Assembly: GCA_026415675.1 (NCBI GenBank)
Contig: JAOAGQ010000022.1
Location: forward strand, 4,087-68,086
From: Syntrophorhabdaceae bacterium
GTDB lineage: Bacteria > Desulfobacterota > Syntrophorhabdia > Syntrophorhabdales > Syntrophorhabdaceae
DNA: 64,000 nt
Direction of reading: 5' to 3'
The notes beneath the pieces are model-generated. The model ran no database searches, had not been told where the DNA came from, and was given only the letters and a program-made list of their open reading frames with translations. Of the stretch, positions 9,396-20,300 are shown one piece after another; the first letter of the stretch is position 1; every line of letters starts with the position of its first letter. Position numbers and translations under genes: made by a program.

Positions 9396-9911
9396 ATGAT
9401 AGAGCTTTTAAGGAATAGAAGGAGCATCAGAAAATACAAAGAGGAAAAACTCCCCCAGGAGACGGTGGATACTATTGTTGAGGCTTTGCTTAGATCCCCC
9501 TCATCGAGGGGTATAAACCCATGGGAGTTTGTCGTGGTGGAGGATAGGGAGGTTTTGAAAAAATTATCGATGTCCAAAGAGCATGGCTCTTCCTTTCTTT
9601 CCGGGGCAGCCCTGGGCATCGTTGTATGCGGGGACAGCACAAAATCTGACACGTGGATAGAAGACTGTTCCATCGCCTCAATAATAGCCCAGCTCACGGC
9701 GGTATCTTTAGGTCTCGGGACATGCTGGATCCAGATAAGAAACAGAAAACATAAGGACGGGAGATGGGCGGAGGAGTATATAAAGGAGATACTCGGTTTA
9801 GAAAAGCATCTAAGTGTGGAGTCTATAATAGCTATAGGTTATAAAGACGAGGTTAAAAGCCCCGTGCCTAAGGAGAGTTTGGAGTACAAGAAGGTGAGGT
9901 ATATAAAGTAA
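9396..9911 (+). CDS. nitroreductase family protein
   Basis: 171 aa. The N-terminal RRSIRKY motif and INPWEFVVV block are typical of the FMN nitroreductase fold. Confidence 0.75.
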   Translation: MIELLRNRRSIRKYKEEKLPQETVDTIVEALLRSPSSRGINPWEFVVVEDREVLKKLSMSKEHGSSFLSGAALGIVVCGDSTKSDTWIEDCSIASIIAQLTAVSLGLGTCWIQIRNRKHKDGRWAEEYIKEILGLEKHLSVESIIAIGYKDEVKSPVPKESLEYKKVRYIK

Positions 9912-9917
9912 ATTCTG

Positions 9918-12248
9918 TCACCTTCTCGATGTGAACTTCTCCAGTTGTTCGAGGCCCCTTTTTGCGTATGGATTGCCCGGTTCTATTGACTGGGCCGTTA
10001 AAAAGGCCTCTTTTGCCTTTTCGAATCTCCCCTGTGCGGCATAAATGTCCCCCTTTATCACATAGGCCTGGGCAATATGGGGGACCCTTTTTATCACACT
10101 ATCTACCTCTGCCATGGCCTCATCAAGATTCTTCATCATCATCAAGTGGTGTACGAGTCCAAACTTTGCGTGGATCCATTCGAGGGATGGGGGCTCAATA
10201 CCATCAAGTTTCTCAATAATTTTTTTAAAGATGTCCCCTGCTTTTTTCATGTCGTTCATGGCCCTATATATATCCGCCTCGAAAAGAAGATACGTATGAT
10301 GGTTCGGTTTCAATGTTTGTGCGGTCTTTATCATTTGGAGGGCCTCTCCATACCGTCCTTCAAATAACCTGAGGTTGGAGATACTTTCGTAGACCGTTGG
10401 ATTGTTCTTATCCATCGCGATCACACTTTTAATAGACCTTTCCACAAAGGGCGATGCCTGTTTTATAAACCCTTTTCTCAAAGCGAGGACGTCAAAATCG
10501 ATTCGATGGATAAGGACATATACATCAAAGGGGTTATGGTAGTGGGCCCTTTCAAGGAGGGCAGTCCCCTGTTTATAGGCGTTTCCATCACCTGTCACAT
10601 TAAACCTTTTCATATATAGGAGTCCTGCTATATCTTCATAGTAGAAATCGTCAGGCATCGAGGAGAGGCCTTCCTTTATGTTTGCCTCTATGGCATGCCA
10701 TTCCTTAAGAGGGTTCATAGATTGGGATTTCCAGAAGAGTCTATCCGCTTGTATCCTGTTTATGGCATCGGAGATTAGATACATAAGGGCTAAGGCACAG
10801 AGGATCCCTACCCCGAGATAAATCCTTTTCTTCCATCCAGTGATGGGGGGTCTTTCTGTATCGATTAGAGACAAAGAGACGGAAAGACCGAGGATAATCC
10901 AGAAGAACGGAGTAAGCGCAATCTCAAGCCACCCGAAGATATCCTGGACGAGATAGCCCGTGATGGATGCAATACATGCGATTGTAAGGAAGCGTATATC
11001 GATGTCTTGTGACCTTCTGTATGCCCTTATGAGACCTCTTAAAATCAAAAAGAGAAGGAGGATGTATAGAAGAAGGGCAGGTATACCGTTTGTTAAGGCG
11101 GTCTGGAGATAGCCGTTATGTACCATTGTTGGGATTACGTCTTTGAAGTAGATATTATCCTCTACGGGTCTATATCTGGGATAGATTATCCTGAAGTTCT
11201 CAAAGCCTACCCCTGTGATGGGGTGGTCTTTAATCCCTTCTATGGCCACCTTATAGTACATGATACGTGTTGCAAGGGGGGTATCCGTCTTCTTCGAGAG
11301 ATAAAGGCCAATGCTCTCTGTAACCCTTTTGATGTTACCGTAGTTGGATACGAAGATCACCCCGCAGAAGATTGCAAAGACGATAGAGGCAATGGCGAGT
11401 CTTCTTCTGTCTATATTCCTGTTGAAAAAATTTACGACCATGATAATGCCGGTTGAGAAGATCATACCCCACCATGGACCCCTGCTTAATGTACTGAAAC
11501 CTCCGTAAATCAGGATAAGAAAAATGGTAGACCATAGATAAAGGGGGGGATGTCTAAACCCTTTCCTCAAGGCCATAAAAAAGAATGTCAATGCGAAGGG
11601 CATGGCAAGGCCTAACAGTGCGCCAAGTATGACAGGGTTACCTGTCGTTGAAGACGACCTGCCCATAGGCCACGGTATAAAGTCTATACGGTGAAACTGG
11701 AGTATGGCGTATAAGGAAACGGGGACCAATGCGTATACAAAAAGTTTTATTATCCTTTCGATCCTCTCTCTGTCCATAGGCAGTGAGGCGAATACGAAGA
11801 AGAGCAAAAGGTATATCTCGTGGTTCAAAAGGGCATTATATCTACCGTACACACCATGGAGGGCTGTCGGCTTATGGATGGCAAAGAAGGAGGAGAATAT
11901 CCACCAGAGACCGAGAATGATCACTGTATAAGATATGGTCTTCGGTAATCCCTTTATATCCCCTCTCTTTATCCTGTATATCCCCAGTAAGGTTATGAGA
12001 AAAGAGAATACCCTAAGAACGGCAAGTTTAGGTAACGTGAAATGGACCTGAATCTCTGTCGTAAAGGCAAGGGCATGGCAGAAGAAGAAGAGAGAGAAGA
12101 TCACATCTTCGAGAAACATAAGTCTATCTTTTATACCAGAGAATAGGCCTTTATTCTCCCCTTTGACGGTCTTCTTCTCCGGTACTTGAGCGATTTTCTT
12201 ATCCTTTCTCGTCTTTCCTTGCTTCCCCATAAGGACAAAACCCCACAA
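9918..12248 (-). CDS. O-antigen ligase/polymerase-like (Wzy_C) polytopic membrane protein with C-terminal TPR domain
   Basis: 776 aa with about 11-12 TM helices and a large loop (VGFENFRIIYPRY...HNGYLQ) as in O-antigen ligase-like proteins. The C-terminal 250 aa or so are TPR-like repeats (GRYGEALQMIKTAQTLKP, GRFEKAKEAFLTAQSIEPGN). The likely start is MGKQGK (12230). Confidence 0.7.
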   Translation of the reverse strand: MWGFVLMGKQGKTRKDKKIAQVPEKKTVKGENKGLFSGIKDRLMFLEDVIFSLFFFCHALAFTTEIQVHFTLPKLAVLRVFSFLITLLGIYRIKRGDIKGLPKTISYTVIILGLWWIFSSFFAIHKPTALHGVYGRYNALLNHEIYLLLFFVFASLPMDRERIERIIKLFVYALVPVSLYAILQFHRIDFIPWPMGRSSSTTGNPVILGALLGLAMPFALTFFFMALRKGFRHPPLYLWSTIFLILIYGGFSTLSRGPWWGMIFSTGIIMVVNFFNRNIDRRRLAIASIVFAIFCGVIFVSNYGNIKRVTESIGLYLSKKTDTPLATRIMYYKVAIEGIKDHPITGVGFENFRIIYPRYRPVEDNIYFKDVIPTMVHNGYLQTALTNGIPALLLYILLLFLILRGLIRAYRRSQDIDIRFLTIACIASITGYLVQDIFGWLEIALTPFFWIILGLSVSLSLIDTERPPITGWKKRIYLGVGILCALALMYLISDAINRIQADRLFWKSQSMNPLKEWHAIEANIKEGLSSMPDDFYYEDIAGLLYMKRFNVTGDGNAYKQGTALLERAHYHNPFDVYVLIHRIDFDVLALRKGFIKQASPFVERSIKSVIAMDKNNPTVYESISNLRLFEGRYGEALQMIKTAQTLKPNHHTYLLFEADIYRAMNDMKKAGDIFKKIIEKLDGIEPPSLEWIHAKFGLVHHLMMMKNLDEAMAEVDSVIKRVPHIAQAYVIKGDIYAAQGRFEKAKEAFLTAQSIEPGNPYAKRGLEQLEKFTSRR

Positions 12249-12313
12249 ATGATAATTTTTTTTTAAATTTTTCGATTATAACCTAAACAGATTGAAAATG
12301 TATAGTCTTTCCT

Positions 12314-14608
12314 GTGATGATTATCATTTACAATAACGGATGGGTGGTGCATATTATATATTGTATGATTCTTTATCTCTATTTACTTATCTTTCTTTCC
12401 TTTTTTGTTTTCTATCCCTTTGATATTTCTGCCCAATCCGTAAAAGACGGGGAGCAGAATGGGTATGTGGAAGGGGAACTCCTCATAAAATTCAAAGAGG
12501 GCGTCTCCCATAAAGAGAAGGCATCCTTTTTGAAAAAACATAACCTTGATAGATTACGGGAGTTCAAGAGGGCGAGGATACATCATATAAAGCTCCCGAA
12601 GGGGGTAGATTTAAAGGAGTATCTGGAGAAGTTGAAAAAGGATAAAGATGTGGAGTATGTGGAGCCAAACTACAAGAGAAGGCCCATGGGGATTATACCC
12701 GATGACCCTGCCCTATCCGAACAATGGGGTCTAACAAAGATAGGTATGCCTTCGGTGTGGAATAGTGCAAGGGGTTCTAAAGATATAATAGTTGCCGTTA
12801 TCGATACGGGGGTGGATTACAACCATCCGGATCTTGCCCCGAATATGTGGAAGAACAATAAGGATACAGAGGGCAATAAAGTGGATGACGACGGTAACGG
12901 TTTTATAGATGATGTCTACGGCTGGAATTTTTACAGTAAAAATAATAACCCCATGGACTACAAAGGCCACGGTACCCATGTGGCAGGGATCATAGGGGCC
13001 GTAACAAATAACGGTCTCGGTGTCGCAGGGGTGAACTGGCAGGTGAGTATAATGCCTTTGAAGTTCATGGAGGCTGAAGGCGATGTGGCCTCGGAGATAG
13101 ATGCGATAGAATATGCCCTTGATATGGGGGCGAAGATCATAAATGCGAGTTTCGGAGACTCTACCTTTACAAGGGCAGAATACGATGCGATAAAGGCTGC
13201 AGGAGAGAGAGGGGCCCTGTTTATAGCGGCGGCAGGGAACAGTCGTAACGACAATGACGGGGTAGCGAAGAACTACCCTGCCTCATATACGGTAGAGAAC
13301 AAAATAAACGGCGTAACGTATCCCCCCCTTACCAATATAATATCCGTTGCGGCAACAGATGGAAACGATAATATCGCAACATTTTCAAACTATGGGGCAA
13401 TAAGCGTCCATCTTGGAGCGCCGGGGGTCAACATCCTCTCCACGATACCCCAGGGAAGATCCGATATGCCCGGGGCCTCTCTCACCGTAAATGGGGTAAA
13501 ATACAAGGCATACGGCATGGAATATTCAGGGCAGGTGCCGAAGGAGGGCATAACAAGACAGATATTTTACTCCGGGTACGGGGCGAGGATGGATGAGTTC
13601 CCCCCTGAAGTAAGGGGCAATATTGCCCTTATCAAGAGAGGTTCAGAGGATGGTTCGGCGGTTACATTCAAGGACAAGACGATCAATGCCCAGAATGCAG
13701 GGGCAGTGGCGGCGATCATATACAATAATCAGTCTGGGTATCAGATAGTAAACGGTACGTTAAGTGAGCCAGGGGAATGGATCCCTGTAATCTCCATCTC
13801 TATGGAAGATGGGGAAAAGCTAAAATCAATGGGTAATCCCACGGCGACCCTTATCAATTATCCATACAACACGAATAGCGGTACATCTATGGCAACCCCC
13901 TTTGTAAGTGGAGTGGCAGCCCTTCTGTGGTCTTTAAAACCTGATGCAAAGGCATCGGAGATAAAGGAAATAATCATGGAATCCGTCGACCCTGTCGATT
14001 CCCTTACGGGAAAAACGATTACAGGGGGGAGGCTCAATGCGTTAAAGGCAATACAGAAGATGGCGACCCAGATCCCCGTAAAGTTTGTTCTGAATAGGGG
14101 ATGGAATTTTGTATCCTTCCCGGGGGTGCCCGAAGGGGGCATAGCCATTGAACAATTGTTTAAGGATATCTCGGATAATGTTAAGGTCGTATGGGGTTTT
14201 GATAATAGAACGAAGGAATGGGAACTATTCAGGTTTAACGCTCAAAATTCGAGGTTTAAACCCTTACAAACCATAGAGCCTGAGAAAGGTTACTGGGTAT
14301 ATATGGCTGACAGTAGAACCTTAAATCTAAATGGCACCTCTCTCCCGTATCTTAACCTCACCCTTTATGATGGCTGGAACCTTGTCGGTTATGGGGGATA
14401 CAACGGCTCCGATGTAAGGACATCCTTGAGCAGTCTCTCCGGTAACTGGGTTATCGTATGGGGCTGGGAGGATGGTCAGTGGTATGCAAGACATAGCTTG
14501 TCCGATGAGTTACCCATCAATATTCTACCCCTCGAAACCCTGAAGGTAAACAAGGCATACTGGCTTAAAATGAATTCCCCGGGGAAGAGTATAAATTGGG
14601 TCCAATGA
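12314..14608 (+). CDS. secreted subtilisin-like S8 serine protease (I9 propeptide, PA-domain insert) with shared C-terminal domain
   Basis: Catalytic triad contexts VAVIDTGVD, HGTHVAG and GTSMATP. The propeptide is LLIKFKEG...VEYVEPN and the PA insert is IALIKRG...AGAVAAIIYNN. The hydrophobic N-terminus suggests the start may be ATG 12365. The last 179 aa form the shared CTD. Confidence 0.9.
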   Translation: MMIIIYNNGWVVHIIYCMILYLYLLIFLSFFVFYPFDISAQSVKDGEQNGYVEGELLIKFKEGVSHKEKASFLKKHNLDRLREFKRARIHHIKLPKGVDLKEYLEKLKKDKDVEYVEPNYKRRPMGIIPDDPALSEQWGLTKIGMPSVWNSARGSKDIIVAVIDTGVDYNHPDLAPNMWKNNKDTEGNKVDDDGNGFIDDVYGWNFYSKNNNPMDYKGHGTHVAGIIGAVTNNGLGVAGVNWQVSIMPLKFMEAEGDVASEIDAIEYALDMGAKIINASFGDSTFTRAEYDAIKAAGERGALFIAAAGNSRNDNDGVAKNYPASYTVENKINGVTYPPLTNIISVAATDGNDNIATFSNYGAISVHLGAPGVNILSTIPQGRSDMPGASLTVNGVKYKAYGMEYSGQVPKEGITRQIFYSGYGARMDEFPPEVRGNIALIKRGSEDGSAVTFKDKTINAQNAGAVAAIIYNNQSGYQIVNGTLSEPGEWIPVISISMEDGEKLKSMGNPTATLINYPYNTNSGTSMATPFVSGVAALLWSLKPDAKASEIKEIIMESVDPVDSLTGKTITGGRLNALKAIQKMATQIPVKFVLNRGWNFVSFPGVPEGGIAIEQLFKDISDNVKVVWGFDNRTKEWELFRFNAQNSRFKPLQTIEPEKGYWVYMADSRTLNLNGTSLPYLNLTLYDGWNLVGYGGYNGSDVRTSLSSLSGNWVIVWGWEDGQWYARHSLSDELPINILPLETLKVNKAYWLKMNSPGKSINWVQ
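14069..14605 (+). repeat. shared C-terminal domain, copy 1 (protein-level repeat)
   Basis: aa 586-764 of the S8 protease. It carries the blocks GWNFVSFP, VVWGFDNRTKEW, EKGYWVYM, GWNLVGY, IVWGWEDGQWYAR and NKAYWLKM, which align with copies 2 and 3. Confidence 0.85.
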
Positions 14609-14657
14609 GCATATCTTTAAGGTATAAAGATGTTCGAACGTTAACGGGAGGTCTCGG

Positions 14658-17345
14658 ATGTTAAAAAAACTTTTTATTTTTATGTGCCTTATAGCTTTTA
14701 TATCCGTATTCACCGGGATTCCATTAATTGCCGGGGATATACGGGAGAATGTTGCCGTAAACTTCCTTAAATTCATAAAGAGTGAAAAAGAGATTCTATC
14801 TATAGAGCCCATCGAATCTAACGCCCTGAACCCCGAAGGAGAGAAGATATATACAGGCACCATAGTGCATCTCAAAGGGGGTGGCTATATCCTCATATCC
14901 CCATCGATGAGCTTAACCCCCATCAAGGCATATTCCCTTGAGAGACCTTTCTCTGACCTCCCCGAACCATATAGGATATTTCTTCTCCGGGAACTCGAGT
15001 ATAAAGCAAGGGCTTTGAAGGCGATTAAGACCCCGGAGGCCGAGTGGGCAACGGAGAATGAAAAGAGATGGTATTTTCTCCTTAACCTCGAAAATATCCG
15101 TTATCCCTATTCATATCAGCCAGGGACACCTCTTTTGAGCACGAGGTGGGATCAAGGTTCGCCCTATAACAGGTATCTCCCCTTAATGCAGGGAACGCGG
15201 GTGGTCGCTGGTTGTGTGAATGTGGCTATGGCCCAGATATTTAGGTATTATAAATCCCCGGCAAAAGGTGCAGGTGTTGTCACTTATACATGGAATCAAG
15301 AACAGTTAAAGGCAATTCTCTACCGGGATTTCAACTGGGATAATATGCCCGATGTCCTCGATGCCACAACCCCGGATTACAAGGTAGATGAGGTGGCAAA
15401 GTTGATTAGAGACCTCGTTATTGTCAACCACACCGAACTCGGCGTTGAGTCCTCGGGGGCAACGATCAATCTTTCAGGCCTTATAGAACACTTCGGTCTC
15501 TCAAATACCGTAAAGGACATGGAAAATAATAATTTTCAAGCGTTTTTAAGCAAAATAAAAGAGGAGATAAACGGGGAGAGACCTCTTCTTATAGAATTCC
15601 CGGGACACCTCGCCATAGCCGATGGATTTGGGGCGGATCCTACAGGCAACAAAATCCATGTAAATATGGGCTGGGGAGGGTTCGGAAACGACTTTTACTA
15701 CCTCGACCAGCCTATCGTTTACGATCCACAGAACAATAATAGTTTTTCTCAGGTATTGAGGATCTACTACAATGTAAAACCGTGTAGTGGTTCTGACTGT
15801 GCCCCTAATCTCGAGCAGGGGGATACGATAAACGGATATACTATCACAGGAAAATTCAATTTCCCCTATGATGGAGACAGCTATAAGGTGTATCTTAAGG
15901 GACAGACAACGATAGGCGGCTCAAGGACTGGTATCTCCGGTCAGTCCTTCTATATTACCTTATACGATGCTGAAATGAGGGTATTAAAGGAAGAGGGGGC
16001 CCCATTCACCATAGAGTTGACGCCTGGTTTATATACGGTCAGAAGCTCTTTGTGTAATATAAAGGGTACTTGCTGGGCCTATACCGGTAATTCAGGGGAC
16101 AACTACACGGTGAACATTACCACGCAACCGTTGACAGATGAAGAGAGATCGACAATAGACAGCGCCCTCGATAAAGGACCTGTGATACTCAATGACTTTA
16201 AGGATATGGTATTGAACTCAAACAGGACTGACCCTTTAAAAATCCTTATAGACGCAAGGGATGAAAACGGCGATAACATGACCCTTACAACCACAAATAC
16301 GAATGACAATGCGATCTCCCTCTCCCTCACCAAAAATATCCTAAATATTACACCTGTTCCTGGAGCAGACAAGGTCGCAAGCAGGGTAATAGTCTCTGCC
16401 TATGCCAACGGGAAAAAGGTGGAGAAATCGTTCATAGTGATGGTGCTAAATGAGGATATATCCTACGGGAGAGCATACTCTTTGGCCGGTGTATTTGCCA
16501 GTCAGTCCGATTACGACACATATAAGGTGATACTCGATGGGGCATGTTCTATTTCAGGTAGTATAAGCGGTTATTCAGGCCAGCCGTTTTTTACATCTGT
16601 AAAGGATAAGGACGGTACTGTGGTTGTTGCCCCAAAAAATCAAAACATAGGTTGGACATTTACAAGGGGACTATACCTATTAGGGGCATCCCTTCAAGAA
16701 AATCCCGGAGGGGCGGGACGTTATTATAACTACAGCGCCCTTTTAAACCACAACTATACCCTTACCGTTTCTTGTCCGAATGCAACGGAGGATGTCACGA
16801 CCATTGCGACCATGCTCGGTGTAGATTTAAGCGGTACGGTCCCTAAGGCACCGGCACTCGTTCTTTCGCCGGGATGGAATTTTGTCTCTTTTTCCCGACT
16901 CCCTGCAGGCACACAAAACATTTCAACGGTCCTAAAAGATGTTTCAAAAAACGTAAAGGTTGTGTGGGGGTTTGATAATCAGACGAAAGAGTGGCTATTA
17001 TTCAAGTTCAACCTCCAAAGTTCAAAATTCAAGGTTTTAGAAAACGTAGAATCCGGTAAGGGTTACTGGATTTATATGGATGCCTTGGGCAATATTAATA
17101 TGGAGGGCTGGATAGAAGGACCTCAGACAATAACCCTATACGAAGGTTGGAACCTTGCCGGTTATAACGGTACAGACGGCGCAATGAACCTCCCTTCAGG
17201 ATATATTATCATCTGGGGCTGGGACAACGGACAGTGGAAGGCAAAGCATAAAGAAACCACCCCGAACGTCCCTCCCCTGACAGGCCTTTATAAGGGAAAG
17301 GCTTACTGGCTGAGGATGGAAAGACAGGCAGGGTGGCAGCAGTGA
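14658..17345 (+). CDS. secreted C10-family (streptopain-like) cysteine protease with two PPC-like domains and shared C-terminal domain
   Basis: It has a signal-like N-terminus and a propeptide resembling the C10 inhibitor domain (VAVNFLKFIK). The catalytic Cys context is AGCVNVAMAQIFRYY and the His context is GHLAIADGFG. Two related beta modules share D(G/Y)D(S/T)YKV..G...G.SGQ(S/P)F. The last 165 aa form the shared CTD. Confidence 0.8.
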   Translation: MLKKLFIFMCLIAFISVFTGIPLIAGDIRENVAVNFLKFIKSEKEILSIEPIESNALNPEGEKIYTGTIVHLKGGGYILISPSMSLTPIKAYSLERPFSDLPEPYRIFLLRELEYKARALKAIKTPEAEWATENEKRWYFLLNLENIRYPYSYQPGTPLLSTRWDQGSPYNRYLPLMQGTRVVAGCVNVAMAQIFRYYKSPAKGAGVVTYTWNQEQLKAILYRDFNWDNMPDVLDATTPDYKVDEVAKLIRDLVIVNHTELGVESSGATINLSGLIEHFGLSNTVKDMENNNFQAFLSKIKEEINGERPLLIEFPGHLAIADGFGADPTGNKIHVNMGWGGFGNDFYYLDQPIVYDPQNNNSFSQVLRIYYNVKPCSGSDCAPNLEQGDTINGYTITGKFNFPYDGDSYKVYLKGQTTIGGSRTGISGQSFYITLYDAEMRVLKEEGAPFTIELTPGLYTVRSSLCNIKGTCWAYTGNSGDNYTVNITTQPLTDEERSTIDSALDKGPVILNDFKDMVLNSNRTDPLKILIDARDENGDNMTLTTTNTNDNAISLSLTKNILNITPVPGADKVASRVIVSAYANGKKVEKSFIVMVLNEDISYGRAYSLAGVFASQSDYDTYKVILDGACSISGSISGYSGQPFFTSVKDKDGTVVVAPKNQNIGWTFTRGLYLLGASLQENPGGAGRYYNYSALLNHNYTLTVSCPNATEDVTTIATMLGVDLSGTVPKAPALVLSPGWNFVSFSRLPAGTQNISTVLKDVSKNVKVVWGFDNQTKEWLLFKFNLQSSKFKVLENVESGKGYWIYMDALGNINMEGWIEGPQTITLYEGWNLAGYNGTDGAMNLPSGYIIIWGWDNGQWKAKHKETTPNVPPLTGLYKGKAYWLRMERQAGWQQ
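16848..17342 (+). repeat. shared C-terminal domain, copy 2
   Basis: aa 731-895 of the C10 protease, with GWNFVSFS, VVWGFDNQTKEW, GKGYWIYM, GWNLAGY, IIWGWDNGQWKAK and GKAYWLRM. Confidence 0.85.
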
Positions 17346-17373
17346 TATTAGATTTTGAAGGGGAGGTGGAAAA

Positions 17374-20300
17374 GTGGAAAAGGAAGAAGAAAGTGAACGG
17401 ATCGCGGGATATGGTGAAAAGACACTGAACATTACAGCCTCTTGTTTTTTATTCATATGCCTTACGTTGGTCTTCCCGATTCTTTTATATGCCGAATCGA
17501 TATTGACATGGCACTATAGAAACCCCATACCCCAGGGAAACCCCTTAAGGGGGGTTTCTTATGGTGGAGGGGTCTATCTTGCTGTTGGTGATGGTGGAAC
17601 GGTCGTATCGTCTCCGGACGGAATAAACTGGAATCTCCTAAATTCAGGTGTTAATGAAGATATCATAGGTATAGCTTACGGAAAAGGGATTTTTGTCGCC
17701 GTGACTAGGGGTGATTATTACACGGGGAGTAAAATTCTCGTCTCCTCCGATTGCGGAAATACATGGACCTCTATTGATAAGGGAGGTTACAATTTACAGG
17801 ATGTTACCTTTATATCAGGGGGTACCTTTGGGGACGGTATTTTTATTGTATCGGGGAGAGATAACGGAAATGGGAAGGCAGCGATTATCACCGCCACAAA
17901 CCCTTCTCTGATCGATGGTTGGGTTGCCCAGAACAGTGTGCAAAGCGTAACGGATACAAGTTTACTCCATAAGGTTGTAGGAGGAGTTACCCAATCGGGA
18001 GAGATCGTAATCGTTGGAGTAGGGGCAGGGGGCACGATTGTAACATCCTCAAACGGAATAGACTGGGTAAAAGTTTCTTCTGTTTCGGGGGAAGATCTCC
18101 TCGACGTGGCGTATGGAGGTGGGATATTCGTAGCGGTGGGTGTAAATGGGAAAGTACTCTCCTCTCCAGATGGAAACAACTGGAATCCAAACGATATCGG
18201 TACATTGGGTACGGTAAGAGGGGTAGCCTATGGGGGAGGGAGGTTTATATCGGTTCTGGAAAAAGGAAAAGTAGCTACATCTACGGATGGAAAAAGCTGG
18301 ACATCAAAGGGTTCAGGTGTTTTTAATGACCTTTTTTCGGTCTGCTATGGCACACAATTTGTGGCAGTTGGCGAAAACGGTGCAATCCTCACATCCCCGG
18401 ATGGCATCACTTGGACTGTGAGAAGCGGGGATGTTCTGGGGAATATGTACTACAGAACCTTAAGGGGGATCGTTTATGCAGATGGCTTATTCGTTGTCGT
18501 AGGGGATGTTGGCACCATCCTCACATCCCCGGATGGTGTTAAGTGGACAAAAAGATACACATTGACGGATAAAAATCTGTACGGGATCTCTTACGGAGAG
18601 GGCCGATTTGTTGCGGTCGGAGATAAAGGGACGATTCTCACATCAACAGACGGTATCGAATGGGTGGAAAGGTATTCCGGTGTTGAAAATAATTTAAGGG
18701 GAGTAACCTTTGGTAAGGGCATTTTTGTGGCTGTAGGTGAAAAAGGAAGCGATGATCTAAGATATGCGGCGATACTCACCTCTGTTGACGGGACAACTTG
18801 GTCTGCACAGAATTCCGGCGTTTCAATGGATCTACAGGACATAGCATACGGAAGCGGTATATTCGCTGCGATAGGGACAGGGGGGCAGACACTCGTCCTC
18901 ACATCGAACGATGGGGTAGGCTGGACCAAAAAGGATACTTCCGGATATGTTGGTTTTAACAGCATCGTTTACGGGGACGGTAGATTTATAGGGGTAGGTT
19001 TTTACGGCAAATGGATGGGTTCAACAAACGGTATAGACTGGCCTATATCCAATCTAAACGTAGACCTGAGGTCTATCTTATACATAAATCAAACATTCCT
19101 TGCCGTAGGCGGCACTGGAAACGACGAGAACGTTTTTTACCCTGAAGGGCAGACATGGAAGACGATAAAGACCGGTATCCCTGCGGTGTTATACGGTGTT
19201 GCCTTTGGTAACGATACCTTTGTGGCAGTTGGGACAAATGGTACCATCATACAATCGGATAGATTTCCCTATGCACCCCTACATCCTGCCGCATTTGAGG
19301 TGAATGTACCGCCCCATACCATAAGTGAAAATAGTGCCACCATAACGTGGAAGACACAGACACCCACGGTAGGTCAGATTGAGTACAGGAGGGAAGGGAC
19401 CGATGTATGGAAAACGGCAATGGAGTTGTCCCAGAGGACAGAGCATAGCGTAACAATAGATATGCTCACCCCTGACACTGTCTACTATTTCAGGATTATA
19501 GGGCTTGATAAAAATGGAGAAACCACCAAGTCTGCCGAATACAGCTTTATGACCGTCCCTGTCCACTATGTACTTACCATTACAAAGAAGGGTTCCGGTA
19601 CTGCCGAGATATTTGCGGAAGGTCTTTCCTGTAATGACTTAGGGTGTAAAGGTTCGTATAGTAGGGGAAGGAGGGTAGAGATAAAACTCTCCCCCCGTAT
19701 CGATTCAACCATACTCTTTTGGACAGAGGAATGCAGAGGCGCTAAAGACACATGCACCGTATCTATGGATTCAGATATAAATCTTACGGTTCTTTTGGGT
19801 AAGGTACGTATCCCCAATGGTGAACCCTTAAATACTTGGGTATTTAGGAACCCTGTGCCTCAGGGAAACACAATCAATGCACTATCCTTTGGCGGTGATA
19901 TTTTTGTCGCTGTCGGTGATTACGGAACAATATTAACATCCCCTGATGGAAATGGCTGGACAAAAAGGTATGCCGATACTACGGAAAACCTCGTTGGTGT
20001 TGGATATGGAAATGGCCTTTTTGTTGCGGTGGATAGAAAAGGGGCCATCATTATATCTCCTGACGGCATAAAATGGACAAAGATTCTCGAAGGAAAGGAG
20101 AGTATATATCTGTCTTATGCCCCTGTTGCTTATGGGAATGGCCTATTTGTTGTTCAAACATACAAGGCGTATCTCGTTTCGACGAATGGGATAGACTGGA
20201 TAACCACTTCGGGTTCGACACAATTCATCGATATGATCTTCTGTAACGGCCTTTTTTTGGGAGGGACGGGGAGCGAATACGGTGGAAACGCTGTGATACA

